Shown piece by piece: positions 37,778-49,651 of a stretch of 64,000 nt of DNA. The translations under genes were made by a program, and so were the position numbers. Location of the stretch: NCBI RefSeq assembly GCF_963921235.1, contig NC_086107.1:93498001-93562000 (forward strand), given 5' to 3'. Under the pieces are notes generated by a model that searched no databases, was not told the origin of the DNA, and saw nothing but the letters and a program-made list of their open reading frames with translations. The DNA comes from Mobula hypostoma (lineage: Eukaryota). Each line of letters starts with the position of its first letter. The first letter of the stretch is position 1.

Positions 37778-38560
37778 AGAGAGAGAGAGAGAGAGAGAGA
37801 TACAATATAGAACAATCAAACATGTAGACTATAGAGGGAGAGAGAACTGGAACAATCAAGTGTGTAGAGAGAGAGAGATGAAACAATCAAACATGCATAG
37901 AGAGATAAACAGAGGAAAGGAGAGAGATAGAATCGTGTGCAGGGAGAGATGTAGAACAATCAAACGTAGACTAGAGGGAGAGAGAAATGGAACCATCAAA
38001 TGTGTAGAGAGAGAGAGATGGAACAACCGAGCATGTGCAGAGAGATAGATACTGTATAGAACAATCAAACATATAGACTAGAGGGAGAGAGAGCTGGAAC
38101 AATCAAATGTGTATAGAGAGAGTGTGAGAAATACGGAACAACCAAATGTGTGGGTAGAGAGAGGGGAGATAGAACAACCACACATGTGGAGAGAGAGAGA
38201 GATGAAACAATCAAACGTGCAGAGAGAAATATAGAATATTCATGCGCAGAGAGAGGTACAGAACAACCAAACATACATAAAGAGAGAGAAAGAGACAATC
38301 GTATGTGTGCGGAGAGAGATATAGAACAATCAAACATGTAGAGAGAGAGATGGAACCATCAAATGTGTAGAGAGAGAGAAGGAACAATCAAAAATGTGCA
38401 GAGAGATAGACAGAGAGGGAAAGAGGGAGAGAGAGAGGTAAAGAGGGAGAGAGAGAAGTAAAGGGGGAGAGAGAGAGAGGTAAAGAGATGAAGCAGTCAA
38501 ATGTACAGAGAGAGGTAGAACAAGCATTTGTGCACAAAGAGAGATGGAACAACCAAACGT
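37778..38560. repeat. Complex (AG)n-GAACAATCAAA minisatellite
   Basis: Roughly 20 diverged ~30-bp units of (ag)n-at(g/a)gaacaatcaaa(c)atgtg. Confidence 0.9.
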
Positions 38561-40439
38561 AAAGGGAAATTTATTATTAAAGCATGCATATGTTATCATA
38601 TACTACCTTGAGATTCATTTTCTTGCAGGCGTTTACAGGAAATAAAGAAATACAATAGAATTTATGAACAAAGACAGTCAAACAACCAGCAACCAAATGT
38701 GCAGATAGATAGAGAGCGAGAGCGAGAGAGAGAGATAGAATAACTATACATGCTACGTACATAATGGAACACAAAGGAATTTTCTCCCATCTGACAAATT
38801 TATAATATGATCTGGAAACACAGACGGTGCAATAAAAACTGCTCCTCTCATCTAACAGCATAATATATTAAAGCTAATTTGCTTTTCTATTCAACAATGA
38901 AAGAATCCCACCATTGCACCATATCGATATATACTTGTAAATGTTTTATACAGTACATGTCATGGATGTCAGTCCTACAGTGACTGAGTAATAGGCATCC
39001 CTCCGGTTCTTTGAGATGTACAAACAGATGACAAAAGAAAGCAAGTATTCACTGCAACATGGTGGTGCAGTGGGGGGGCCTTTGTTCTTGGAAGTTGTAG
39101 GTAATCTGTGTGGGTGAGAGATGTATAGAATTGTTTCCAAATCAAAATGAATGCAATAACAAGCACTAGAAGAAGAGTTGCTGGTATTTAGTGAAAATAT
39201 GATAAATCTGGCAACTACCGCTTCCCTATTCATTGTTGCTACACTGTTGGCAACAGACCCTAAAGTGTCTCAATCCCAACCTTGGGAATTCTTTGTTCAG
39301 GTTTCTTTCTGTATTTCTTACTCCCCCTTTAAAATGTGGCATGGTACCGTAACAGTTGGCATAACGCTTTACAGCACTAGTGATTCCATGTTCAATTCCT
39401 GCCCCTATCTGTAAGGAGTTGCACATTCTCCAGTGACCACAAAGTTTCCTCCAAGTGCTCCAGTTTCCTCCCACTTTGCAAAGACGTAGGGGTGAGGGTT
39501 GGAGAGTTGTGAACAGGCTATGCGGGCACCTGAAACACGGCTACGCTTGCGGGCTGCCGCCAGCACATCTTCAAACTGTGTCGGTCATTGGCGTAGATGA
39601 CGCATTTCACTCTATATTTCTATGTACCTGTGACAGAAAAATAAAAGATCATCGGAGCCAAGAACATGACAGTTCCAGATATGAACATCACCACTAGACC
39701 AAATTCATTTTCAGATTCATTTTCCCTCCTAGCCTGCTGAATTCCTCCAGCATTTTGTGTGTTGCTCCAGATTTCCAGCACCGGCTGTCTCTCTTGTGTT
39801 GCCGGATTTAGAAGAGCAGAGATCCTTTGGAAGGTTATTGGGTTGAAGGTATTTCCAGAGTAGAGAGAGCTAAGGCCGTGGAGAGATGCGAACAACAAGA
39901 ACTTTAAAAATCAAACCTGTCAGGGGGGGCCAAAGTCAGCCAGTGAGTGCAGGGATGAATGTTGGGTAAAGGATGGGATGTCATCAGCAGAGGACTGGGA
40001 GATGAGAGGATGGCCTGGAGAATATCGGAACAATCCAATATCAGAGTGGAAATTTATCATCAGTCCTTTGAGGGTTTCTGCTTTGAGAACGGGGCTATAA
40101 TAAGCTGCCGAGGATAGTCTGGGAAATGCTTCATCTGGCACAAACCTGATGCCAAACCAGATGAAGTCCTTGAAGTAACACTGCTGTATTTGTGCTAAGC
40201 CTCCGCTGTGCTCAACCTGAAGCATACTCAATTCCAACACGGGGAAAGGAGGAAACAACAGGAATTCTGCAGATGCTGGAAATTCAAGCAACACACATCA
40301 AAGTTGCTGGTGAACGCAGCAGGCCAGGCAACATCTCTAGGAAGAGGTGTAGTCGACGTTTCAGGCCGAGACCCTTCGTCAGAAGTCCTGTTAATATTGT
40401 TTAAAATTTTGCAAGGCATGGCGGCGTGAAGATGGTACA

Positions 40440-40610
40440 GGTGTTTATTAGCATGCAAGAAAGGATTTGTGCAGTGCAGGCGTTTCTATCCTTCTCAGGA
40501 GTTCCCACAGCATTTCACAAATAATGAGTCACTTTGAAGTGCTGTCATTGTAATGCTGGTGGGCACGCAAGTAGGACAGGATGCAATTCGTGGATAAAAC
40601 TGTGATTTTT
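40440..40610. mobile_element. Degenerate Deu-SINE (AmnSINE/SacSINE-like) relic; others at ~37300-37420, 47205-47310, 48900-48990
   Basis: Resembles ...cccaaagcgctttaca..aatgaagtacttttgaagtg.agtca; recognised from memory only. Confidence 0.35.
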
Positions 40611-41784
40611 AAGGGGGGCTGTCTTCATGAAAGAGTGCTTGATCAAAGGCCGTTTTAAAGGTGGGAGGGGTGGGGATGGGAAGATGAAAGACCAAACGCG
40701 CTCTCATCTCATGCACCACATGGTGATCACCTAATGCAGTGCCTCAGAGCACAGTGCCCTGTTTATAAAACCATCCATCACCAACTCTGCATCATGGACG
40801 CCTGCCTGGCTTGGAAAAAGACTGACACTTTCATGTTTAAATGCTCTAATAATATGTTAGGTTTGGTGAGTGTGGATCAAGGTGGCACCTGGGCTGCCAA
40901 TTCCCGTAAATTATACAGAGATTTAATGGGGCAGTTGGAGTAGTGCTAGCAAGATCAGGGTTTACTTCCCATGGTGAAAGAGGAAAGTTGAGAGAGTGTT
41001 TGTAGATTGTCCAGAAATCTGGCAGCGGACGGGAAGAAACTGTTCCTAAAATGTTACATGTGCGTCTTCAGGCTCCAGTACCCCCTCACAACAGGGGCGG
41101 CTCTGTATTAACAGTGCTGGTAATCCGGGTTCGACTCTGCAACTGTCTGTAAGGAGAGACTACCTTCTTCCTGCCTCCCACGTTCCAAAGACGTACAGGT
41201 TAGGGTTAGTGAGCTGTGGGTGTGCCACGTCGGCGCCAGAAATGCGGCGACACTTGCGGGCTGCCCAGTGCAACTCTCGCTGATTTGATTCGACGCAAAC
41301 GATGCATTTCACCATATATTTTGATGTTTGTGCGACAAGTGAAGACAATCTCTAATCTCATTTCACCCCACAAAGAAGATTAAGGGGTAATCTGATTGAA
41401 AATTGTACAATAGTTTCAGGATGTACTGCATTAATAGAGACAGCCCGTTTCTAGAAAGAGTGACAAGAGCAAGGGCAACTTACCGTAAAACATGAGGTGA
41501 CCACTGCCAAGTCCCCCGCAGTCAACATCTGGAGGTCACCCAATTAACTGGACCAGATACATACACACCACAGCCAATACAGCAAAGTGTCCTCAACACC
41601 CCAAGGTCCTCCCAGCATCTACAAGTCACTTAAGAGGGACACCAGATCTCCTTTTCTCCCTTCTGGCATCTTTTTATACCGCTACCTGTCCTCTAACTTT
41701 TAGTCCAGATGAAGGGTTTCAATCTGAAACAGCGACTGTCCTACCATAGACGCTGCCTGACCTGTTGAGTTCCTCCAGTATCTC

Positions 41785-42529
41785 CGAATCAGAATCAGAA
41801 TCCTTTATTATCGTCAAGTCTGTGGACACATACAGGGAATTTCATGCTGGTTTCCCTGAGCTCCCGCTGTTCGGAATCAAAAAACAAACAAAACAATAGT
41901 GAAAATAATCGTGAACTATATACAATGAGGTATACCTGTGTATGTACAGGTGGACTTGGTTTATAATAGACTAAAATTCAAGTGTTCATAAGACTGATGG
42001 CATACTGAAAGAAACTGTTCTTGTACCTATTTGTCCTGGCATACAGTGATCTAAAGCGCCTCCCAGAAGGAAGAAGTTGGAACAGGTGATGTCCGGGGTG
42101 TGATGGGTCTACAATAATACCGCTTGCTCGCTTCCTGAATGTAGATGCATATAAGTCCTGGATCGAGGGCAGCTTCACACCAATAATCCTCTCCGCAGCC
42201 CTGATGGTTCTTTGGAGTCTATTCTTGTCTTCTTTGGTAGCCGTTCCAAACCAGACAGTGATGGATGAACAGAGAACAGACTGGATTATTCCTGAATAGA
42301 ATTGAATCAGCAGCTCCTGAGGCAGGTTGTACTTCCCGAGTTGACGTAGGAAATACAACCTCTGCTGAGCCTTTTTGATAAGAGTGTCCGCGTTGGGTGT
42401 CCACTTCAGGTCCTGGGAGATTGTGACACCCAGAAACTTGAAGTTCTCCACAGTAGACACAATACTGTTGAGTATAGTGAGTGGGGGGAATATTAGGGGG
42501 CTCCTCCTGAAAATCCACTGTCATCTCCA
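41785..42529 (-). mobile_element. Young 5'-truncated Rex1/Babar LINE
   Basis: Uninterrupted 160-aa ORF (VENFKFLGVTI...KKAQQRLYFLRQL...LLPSGRRFRS...KNSFF), (ctgatt)n tail, 9-bp TSD cagtatctc at 41776-41784 and 42530-42538. Confidence 0.9.
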
Positions 42530-44170
42530 CAGTATCTCACTAATCTCTTCAGATTCCAGCATTTGACATCTCTTGTGTCTACATCTGAAGTTTGATGGAA
42601 TGCTTAGCCAGGCAAGTATGGTACAAACTCTCGAGGAAAGCTTAACATTCATTTTTTATTTAGAGATACGGCACAGTAACAACCCCTCTTTGGCCCATTG
42701 AGCCTGTGCTGCCAAATTACAACCCACGTGACCAACTAACCAAACCATTGCATCATTGAAATGTAGGAAGAAACAGGCAGCCCACCACTGCCTCCAACAC
42801 CAACTCACCGGAGCTGCGGTGTGGACCATTGCAGATCACACACTGTAAACCGAGCTTTTGTCATATGCACAAAAGTGCAATGAAACTCTTATATGAACCT
42901 AACATCAGATACACAACATTCACAAGAAAATGCTATTGGAACTGAAAAAAAAGTCCAAAAAAACTTATACCCTTCAGAAAGATGAGAGCTCTGTCAGCTT
43001 AGCATCCATTTTGTACGGCACTGGACACATCAACATAAGCACTTGTGTCCCACGATGCTCTCCCTTTGACCCAGGGGAGAAATGCCAGACCCCAGAGGAT
43101 GTGCCTTTGAGGTGAGTTGGTAGAGATTTGTATGCAGAGAGCGGCAGGTCCCCGGAATGGGTCACCAGAGTTTGTGGTGGAAGCAGGCAATTTTGGTGGA
43201 ATTTAAAAAGCTTTTGGATAGACACACCACCAAGTTCAGGAACAATTACTACCCAACAACCATCAGGCTCCTGAATTAGCATAGACAGCTTCAATCACCA
43301 CTACTCTGAACTGATTCCACAACCTATAGACTCAATTTCAAGGACTCTACAACTCAAGTTCTCAGTATTAATTATTTTATGTTATTTGCACAATTTTTCT
43401 TCAGTTGCATATTACTTGTTTATCAGTCTTTATGTATACTTGTTCATAAATTCTATTGCATTTCTTTATTTTCCTGCAAATGCCTGCAAGAAACTGAATC
43501 TCCAGATAGTATATGATGACATATACATATGTACTTTGATAATAAATTTGCTTTGAAGTGAATGTAAGGGAATGGAGGGATGAGGATGATAAACATGAGA
43601 AGGACACTTAAGAGAAATTGGCCACAACACCGTGGCCAAATGTCCTGTCCAGTGTCGTACTGTTCTATGATCTGCATGCTCAGCGGTGAGACTTAAACCT
43701 ATTGAGAGGTGAGAAAGCTGCCAACTAAGATAAGGACCCATCCTAAGCGAATGTTTCAGAATTACCCTTAACCCAGCCACCATCCAGACAAACTTGCACT
43801 GTGTCCTGAGTTCTGACAGCCCTGTTTCTCTTCACCAATTGTTTTACTTACATCCGTGTGATCACCCTTTAACTTCAAAAGGTGTGAGAATAAACACCTT
43901 AATGGACTCTGGCTTAGTCTATAAACTGTCAAACAGATTTATTAAGCTGCAAATGGATGTGCACAATAGCAATGCTTGGCTGTGCACTTTACAGCAATAA
44001 TGGGCTTAACTATTTCCCCAGGAGTTAGTAGAAAATAACTAACTGCTCTGTCTACTGCACTCTACTGAAAATCAAGTAGTTTATCACCACTATGTGGTAG
44101 TTACTTTAGTTAGCAATCCATTTCTTCCTGATCAGAGTCAAAATAAATTGATTATCAAATTACGTTTGTA

Positions 44171-44672
44171 CTCAGTGGCCACTTTATTAGGTGCATGAAG
44201 TACCTAATAGAGAGACCAATGAGTGTTATGTTTGTGGTCTTCTGCTGCTGTAGCCCATCCACTTCAAGGTTCAACTTGCTGTGCATTCAGAGATGCTCTT
44301 CTGCATGCCACCGTTATAACGTGTGGTTATTTGAGTTCCTGTCTCCTTCCTGTCAGCTTGACCCAGTCTGGCCATTCTCCTCTCAATAGCAAGGCATTTT
44401 TTTTCACACCGTTTTCTGTAAACTCCAGAGACTGTTGTTTGTGAAAATCCCAGGAGACCAACAGTTTCGGAGATACTCAAGTAATCATTCCATGGCCCAA
44501 ATCACTTGGCTCACATTTCTTCCCCATTCCGATGTTTAGTCTGAACAACAGCTGAACCGCTTGACCATGTCTGCATGCTTTTATACACTGAGTTGCTGCC
44601 AAATAATTGGCTGTTTAGGTATTTGCATTAACAAGCAAGTACACAGGTGTACCAAATAAAGTGGCCACTCTG
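44171..44672 (-). mobile_element. Internally deleted Tc1-like transposon
   Basis: TA|ctcagtggccactttattagg ... aataaagtggccactctg|TA; ORF SISETVGLLGFSQTTVS...MARLGQADRK. Confidence 0.85.
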
Positions 44673-44895
44673 TATGTGTCACCATATACTACCTTGAAGT
44701 TCTTTTTTTTTGCAGGCATTGCAGGAAAATAAAGAAATACAATATTTATAAAAAATTATGCATGAACAAAGCCTGGCAGACAACAAATGTGCAAAGAAGA
44801 CAAATTGTGCAAACGAATGATTACAAACAAACTTTTAAAAGATAGCAAGGGGTCTAATTTTCAGAGTCGAAGTCCACCTTTTGGTTAAACTCAAA

Positions 44896-45810
44896 ACAAA
44901 AGATAGGAGGCATTGTGGATAATGAAGTAGGTTTTCAAAGCTTGCAGAGAGATTTAGGCCAGTTAGAAGAGTGGGCTGAAAGATGGCAGATGGAGTTTAA
45001 TGCTGAAAAATGTGAGGTGCTACATTTTGGTAGGACTAATCAAAATAGGACATACGTGGTAAATGGTAGGGCATTGAAGAATGCAGTAGAACAGAGGGAT
45101 CTGGGAATAATGGTGCATAGTTCCCTGAAGGTGGAATTTCATGTGGATAGGGTGGTGAAGAAAGCTTTTGGTATGCTGGCCTTTAATAATCAGAGCATTG
45201 AGTATAGGAGTTGGGATGTAATGCTGAAACTGTATAAGGCATTGGTAAGGCCAAATTTGGAGTATTGTGTACAGTTCTGGTCACCGAATTATGGGAAAGA
45301 TGTCAACAAAATTGAGAGAGTACAAAGGAGGTTTACTAAAATGTTGCCTGGGTTTCATCACCTAAGTTACAGAGAAAGGTTGAACAAGTTAGATCTTTAT
45401 TCTTTGGAGCGTAGAAGGTTGAGAGGGGAGTTGATAGAGGTATTTAAAATTATGAGGGGGATTGATAGAGTTGACGTGGATAGGCTTTTTGCATTGAGAG
45501 TGGAGGAGATTCAAACAAGAGGACATGAATTGAGAGGTAAAGGGCAAAAGTTTAGGGGTAACATGAGGGGGAACTTCTTTACTCAGAGAGTGGTGGCTGT
45601 GTGGAACGAGCTTCCAGCAGAAGTAGTTGAGGCAGGTTTGATGTTGTCGTTTAAAGTTAAATTGGATAGATATATGGACAGGAAGGGAATGGAGGGTTAT
45701 GGACCGAGTGCAGGTTGGTGGGACTAGGTGAGAGTAGGAGTTCGGCAGGGGCTAGAAGGGCCGGGATGGCCTGTTTCCGTGCTGTAATTGTTGTATGGTT
45801 ATATATGGTT
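44896..45810 (+). mobile_element. Young 5'-truncated CR1 LINE (uninterrupted 270-aa ORF2 C-terminus, 44915-45727)
   Basis: LQRDL..LEEWAERWQMEFNAEKCEVLHFG...LYKALVRPNLEYCVQFWSP...FFTQRVVAVWNELP; (tatggtt)-type tail. Confidence 0.92.
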
Positions 45811-46286
45811 AAAATGGCGTACATACAATGCAGATGTAAAAATTGTATTCAGTTGAATCATGTGGCCTGCCTTGCTGAAACAAAGCCCATTCACAACCTT
45901 AAACACTGACATAGAATCGTAGAGAAGAGGTTGGCGTAACGCTTTCCAGCGTCGGCAATCCAGGTTCAATTCCTACCACTGTCTGTAAGGAGTTTTTAAC
46001 TTTCTACCTATGACCATGTGGGATTCCTCTCACATGACAAAGATGCACGGGTTAGGGTTGGTAAAAAGTTGGCATGCTATGTTGGCACTGGAAGCATAGT
46101 GACACTGGCAGGCTGCCCCAGCACACCCTCAACACCAACAACACATTTCACTGCAAGCTTTGATACCTTGATGTGACAAATGAAGCTAATCTTTAAAAAA
46201 TCTTTAACCACAGAATCAGACCCGATGGCCACACCGGTCATCGAGTGCTCACATACGTTAATGCTGCACTAATCCCACTTTTCTTG

Positions 46287-46482
46287 TGCCGGTGGTGCAG
46301 TGGCATCCACACTAGACTTCGGAGCAAGGGGACTCAGGTTCAAATCCGGCTGGCTCCTTGCACAAGCACTACTTGTGCTGGGTTGAGCGTCAAATTAGTA
46401 AATCGGCCTCGTAAAACAGACAAACGTTAAAGAAGAGGCAAGGTTGCAGGCCAAGGCGCCAAACTGGCGTGGGGAGGAACAG
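46287..46482 (+). mobile_element. tRNA-derived SINE
   Basis: A box tggtgcagtgg, B box ggttcaaatcc, followed by a non-tRNA body. Confidence 0.6.
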
Positions 46483-49155
46483 CAATTATTCCTCACTGGG
46501 AACAAAGAAAAATCCCAATTTATTCTCCCCAAGTTGCCATCAGCTCCTTCCAAATTCTAACACTCACCAATATATTTTGGAAAATTTACAGAGGCCAATT
46601 AATCTATCAATTTGCACGTGTTTGATATGTGGTGGAGGGGAGCTGGAGCAACCGGAGTGAAATCTTTAAAGGCACAAGGAGAACAGGCAAACTCCACACA
46701 GGCAGTACCAAATATCAGGGACAAAACCAATTCACTGGAGCCCTGAGGTGGAATTTCTACCCAGTTTTCTGAAATTATTTATTATTGTCTCATGTACTGA
46801 GATACAGTGAAAAGCTTGTCCTTCAATGGCCATTGACTTACCTTCTCTAACGTGTGTGGATGGGAACAAGTATATGATGCTTATTCCCATCTCTGTAAGT
46901 CACATTGTAGAATACTATTGGCCAGTTATTGAAGATTATAAATGAAGTTCAAACATGAGAAAATCCGCAGATGCTGGAAATCCAAGCAACACACACAAAA
47001 TGCTGGAGGAACTCTGTATCTGTGGAAACGAGCAAACTGTTAACTCTTTTCCAGGGATGCTGCCTGGCCTGCTGAGCTCCTCCTGCATTTTGTGTGTGTG
47101 GTTCTAAATGAAGTTATTTGCAAGCTACAACCAAACCACTCTATTACAAACTGCACCACATCCATTTAGGGAAATTGTTACAGGGTTCCATTCCCAGAGG
47201 GAAAAAAAAATCATATTTATATGGAGCCATTTGCAACCTGATGATTTTCCAAAGCACTTTGTAACCATTGAGGTATTCCTGAAGTGTATTCACAGTTGAT
47301 GCAAACATAGAACATTATGACATAGCACACGGCCTTTGGCCCATGATGTCGTGCTGACCTTTTAACCTACTCTAAGATCATTCTAATGTTTCCTTCCCAC
47401 ACAACTCTTTATTTTTCATTCACAGACCATAGAATGTACAGCAGAGAACAGGCTCTTCGACCTACAATGTTGTGCCGACATTTGAACCTACTCCAATGTC
47501 AATCTATCCCTTCCCTCCAAAATAGCCCTCCATTTTTTTTCATCCATGTGTTTATCTAAGAGTTTCTTAAATGTCCCCCAACCACCACCCCGGCAGCATG
47601 TTCCACACACCCACCACTCACAGTAGCCTCCCTATACCTCCCTTCAACCACCTTAAAATTGTGCCCCTCATGTTAGCCATTTCTGTACGGAGAAAAGCCT
47701 CTGGCTGTTGATTTAATCTGTGCCTGTTATCCTCTTGTACATCTCCATCAAGTCACCTCTCATTCTCCTTCACTCCAGAATGAAACCCTCCTACACTGCT
47801 CAACCTATCCTCATAAGGAATACTCTCGAATCCAGGCAATATGACACAGAAAAGAAACAAACAAAGGAAAACCTGCAGATGCTGGAAATCCAGGCAACAC
47901 ACACAAAATGCTGGAGGAACTCAGCAGGCCAGGCAGCATCTATGGTAAAGAGTACAGTCGATGTTTCAGGCCGAGACCCTTCGGCAGGACTGGAGAAAAA
48001 AAGATGAGGAATAAATTTTAAAGCTGGGGGAAGGGAGAGAGAAACACAAGGTGATGGGAGAAACCGGAAGGGGGAGGAATGAAGTAAAGAGTTGAGAAGT
48101 TGATAGGTGAAAGAGATACAGGGCTAGAGAAGGGGGACTCTATTAGGAGAACACAGAAGGCCATGGAAGAAAGAAAAGGGGGAGGAGCACCAGAGGGAGG
48201 CAGGCAAGGAGATAAAGTGAGGGAGGGAAAAGGGGATGGGGAATGGTGAAGGAGGTGGGGGCATTACCAGAAGTTTGAGAAATCGATGTTCATGCCATCA
48301 GGTTGGAAGCTACTCAGACGGAATCTAAGGTGTTGTTCCTCGCACGTGAGCATGGCCTCATCACAACAGATTGGGAATGGGAAGTGGAATTAAAAAGGCT
48401 GGCCACTGGGAGATCCCGTTTTTTTCTGGCAGACAGAGCGTAGGTGCTTGGCGAAGCGGTCTCTCAATCTATGTTGGGTCTCACTGATATACAGGAGCCC
48501 ACACCAGGATATGACACATAAGTTAATTTTAAAGTTCAAAGTAAATTTATTATCAAAATACATATAGACCCATGAGATTCAATAAATCCATAACTGAATG
48601 AAAGCCATAATAGAATTAATGAAAGACCGCACCCACTTGCTCATTCAACCAGAGTGCAAAAGATAACAAACTTCGCAAGTACAAGAAGAAAGAATAATAA
48701 TAAATAAATAAGCAATAAATATTGAAAACATGAAACAGAGTCCTTGAAACTAAGTCCATTGGTTGTGGGAACAGTTCAATGATGGGGGAGTTGAAGTTGA
48801 GTGAAGTTATCCCATTTGGTACAAGCGCCTGAAGGTTTACTTTGCAAGATTCTGTAAACATTAATGTTAAAATGCCAATCTGTTTGAAGGTACTGGCCAT
48901 GGAATAAATGGAGGCCAGCACACTGGGGATAATTCCTCAACCCTTCTGAGATATGGTGCCAGTTCTATTATGTCCAGCCTAGATAGCTGCTAACCCAGAT
49001 GAATGGGCTGCCATTCATAGTTGAGTGGGTTGCTCATTGCTTGTGAACGGCCTTGTTTCAAACCTTAAATCACTACCACGTGCAGATTCCCCTTAAGTTC
49101 CCTCCACTGCATTTCCCACATTATATTCCATCTGCCTACTCTTTAAGCCCATCTA

Positions 49156-49651
49156 CAGTACTGTGCAAAAGTCTTAGGCATGTATTATATCTATAGGTAG
49201 AGCTTGGGCATCTAAGACTTTTGCACAGAACTGTAATAATTTTATGTATTGTACTGTATGCTGCCACAAAAAAGAACAAATTTCATGACATGTGAGTGAA
49301 CCTGATTCTGATGTGGGTCTCTATTATGGACTGCGAGTGGGAAAGGGTATAGGGAGAGGGGGCTCATGGTTGGGAAGAGGGGAGGGAGTGAGAAACACCG
49401 CAGAGACATTCTATAATAACCAATAAACCGATTGTTTGTAGTCATATGACCTTGCCTGGTGTCTCAGGGCTGGGTGTGTCGGCTCCTGCTCCACTCCCCG
49501 CCCGAGACACTCCTTCATTGCCACCTGTCCCACACCCCTCCCATGGTCCTCCACCCTCGCCCTCTGCATCATGTCAGCAAACACAGTCCTGTGCAAAAGT
49601 CTTAGGCACCCTAGATAAATATATAATCCCTAAGACTTTTACACAGTAGTG
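49156..49651. mobile_element. Composite Tc1-type element, copy 3
   Basis: TA|cagtactgtgcaaaagtcttaggca hairpin (49156-49233), shared core, second hairpin (~49584-49651)|TA. Confidence 0.8.

Noticed and set aside
37778..38560. CRISPR-like repeat-spacer array
   Set aside because: The intervening sequences are (AG)n variants rather than unique spacers, the repeats are degenerate, the context is eukaryotic and there are no cas genes.
44915..45727. 270-aa ORF as a host CDS
   Set aside because: It is the 5'-truncated C-terminus of CR1 ORF2, with a GTG pseudo-start and a CR1 3' tail.
46287..46365. tRNA gene
   Set aside because: A and B boxes are present, but there is no proper acceptor stem and the sequence continues into a SINE body.
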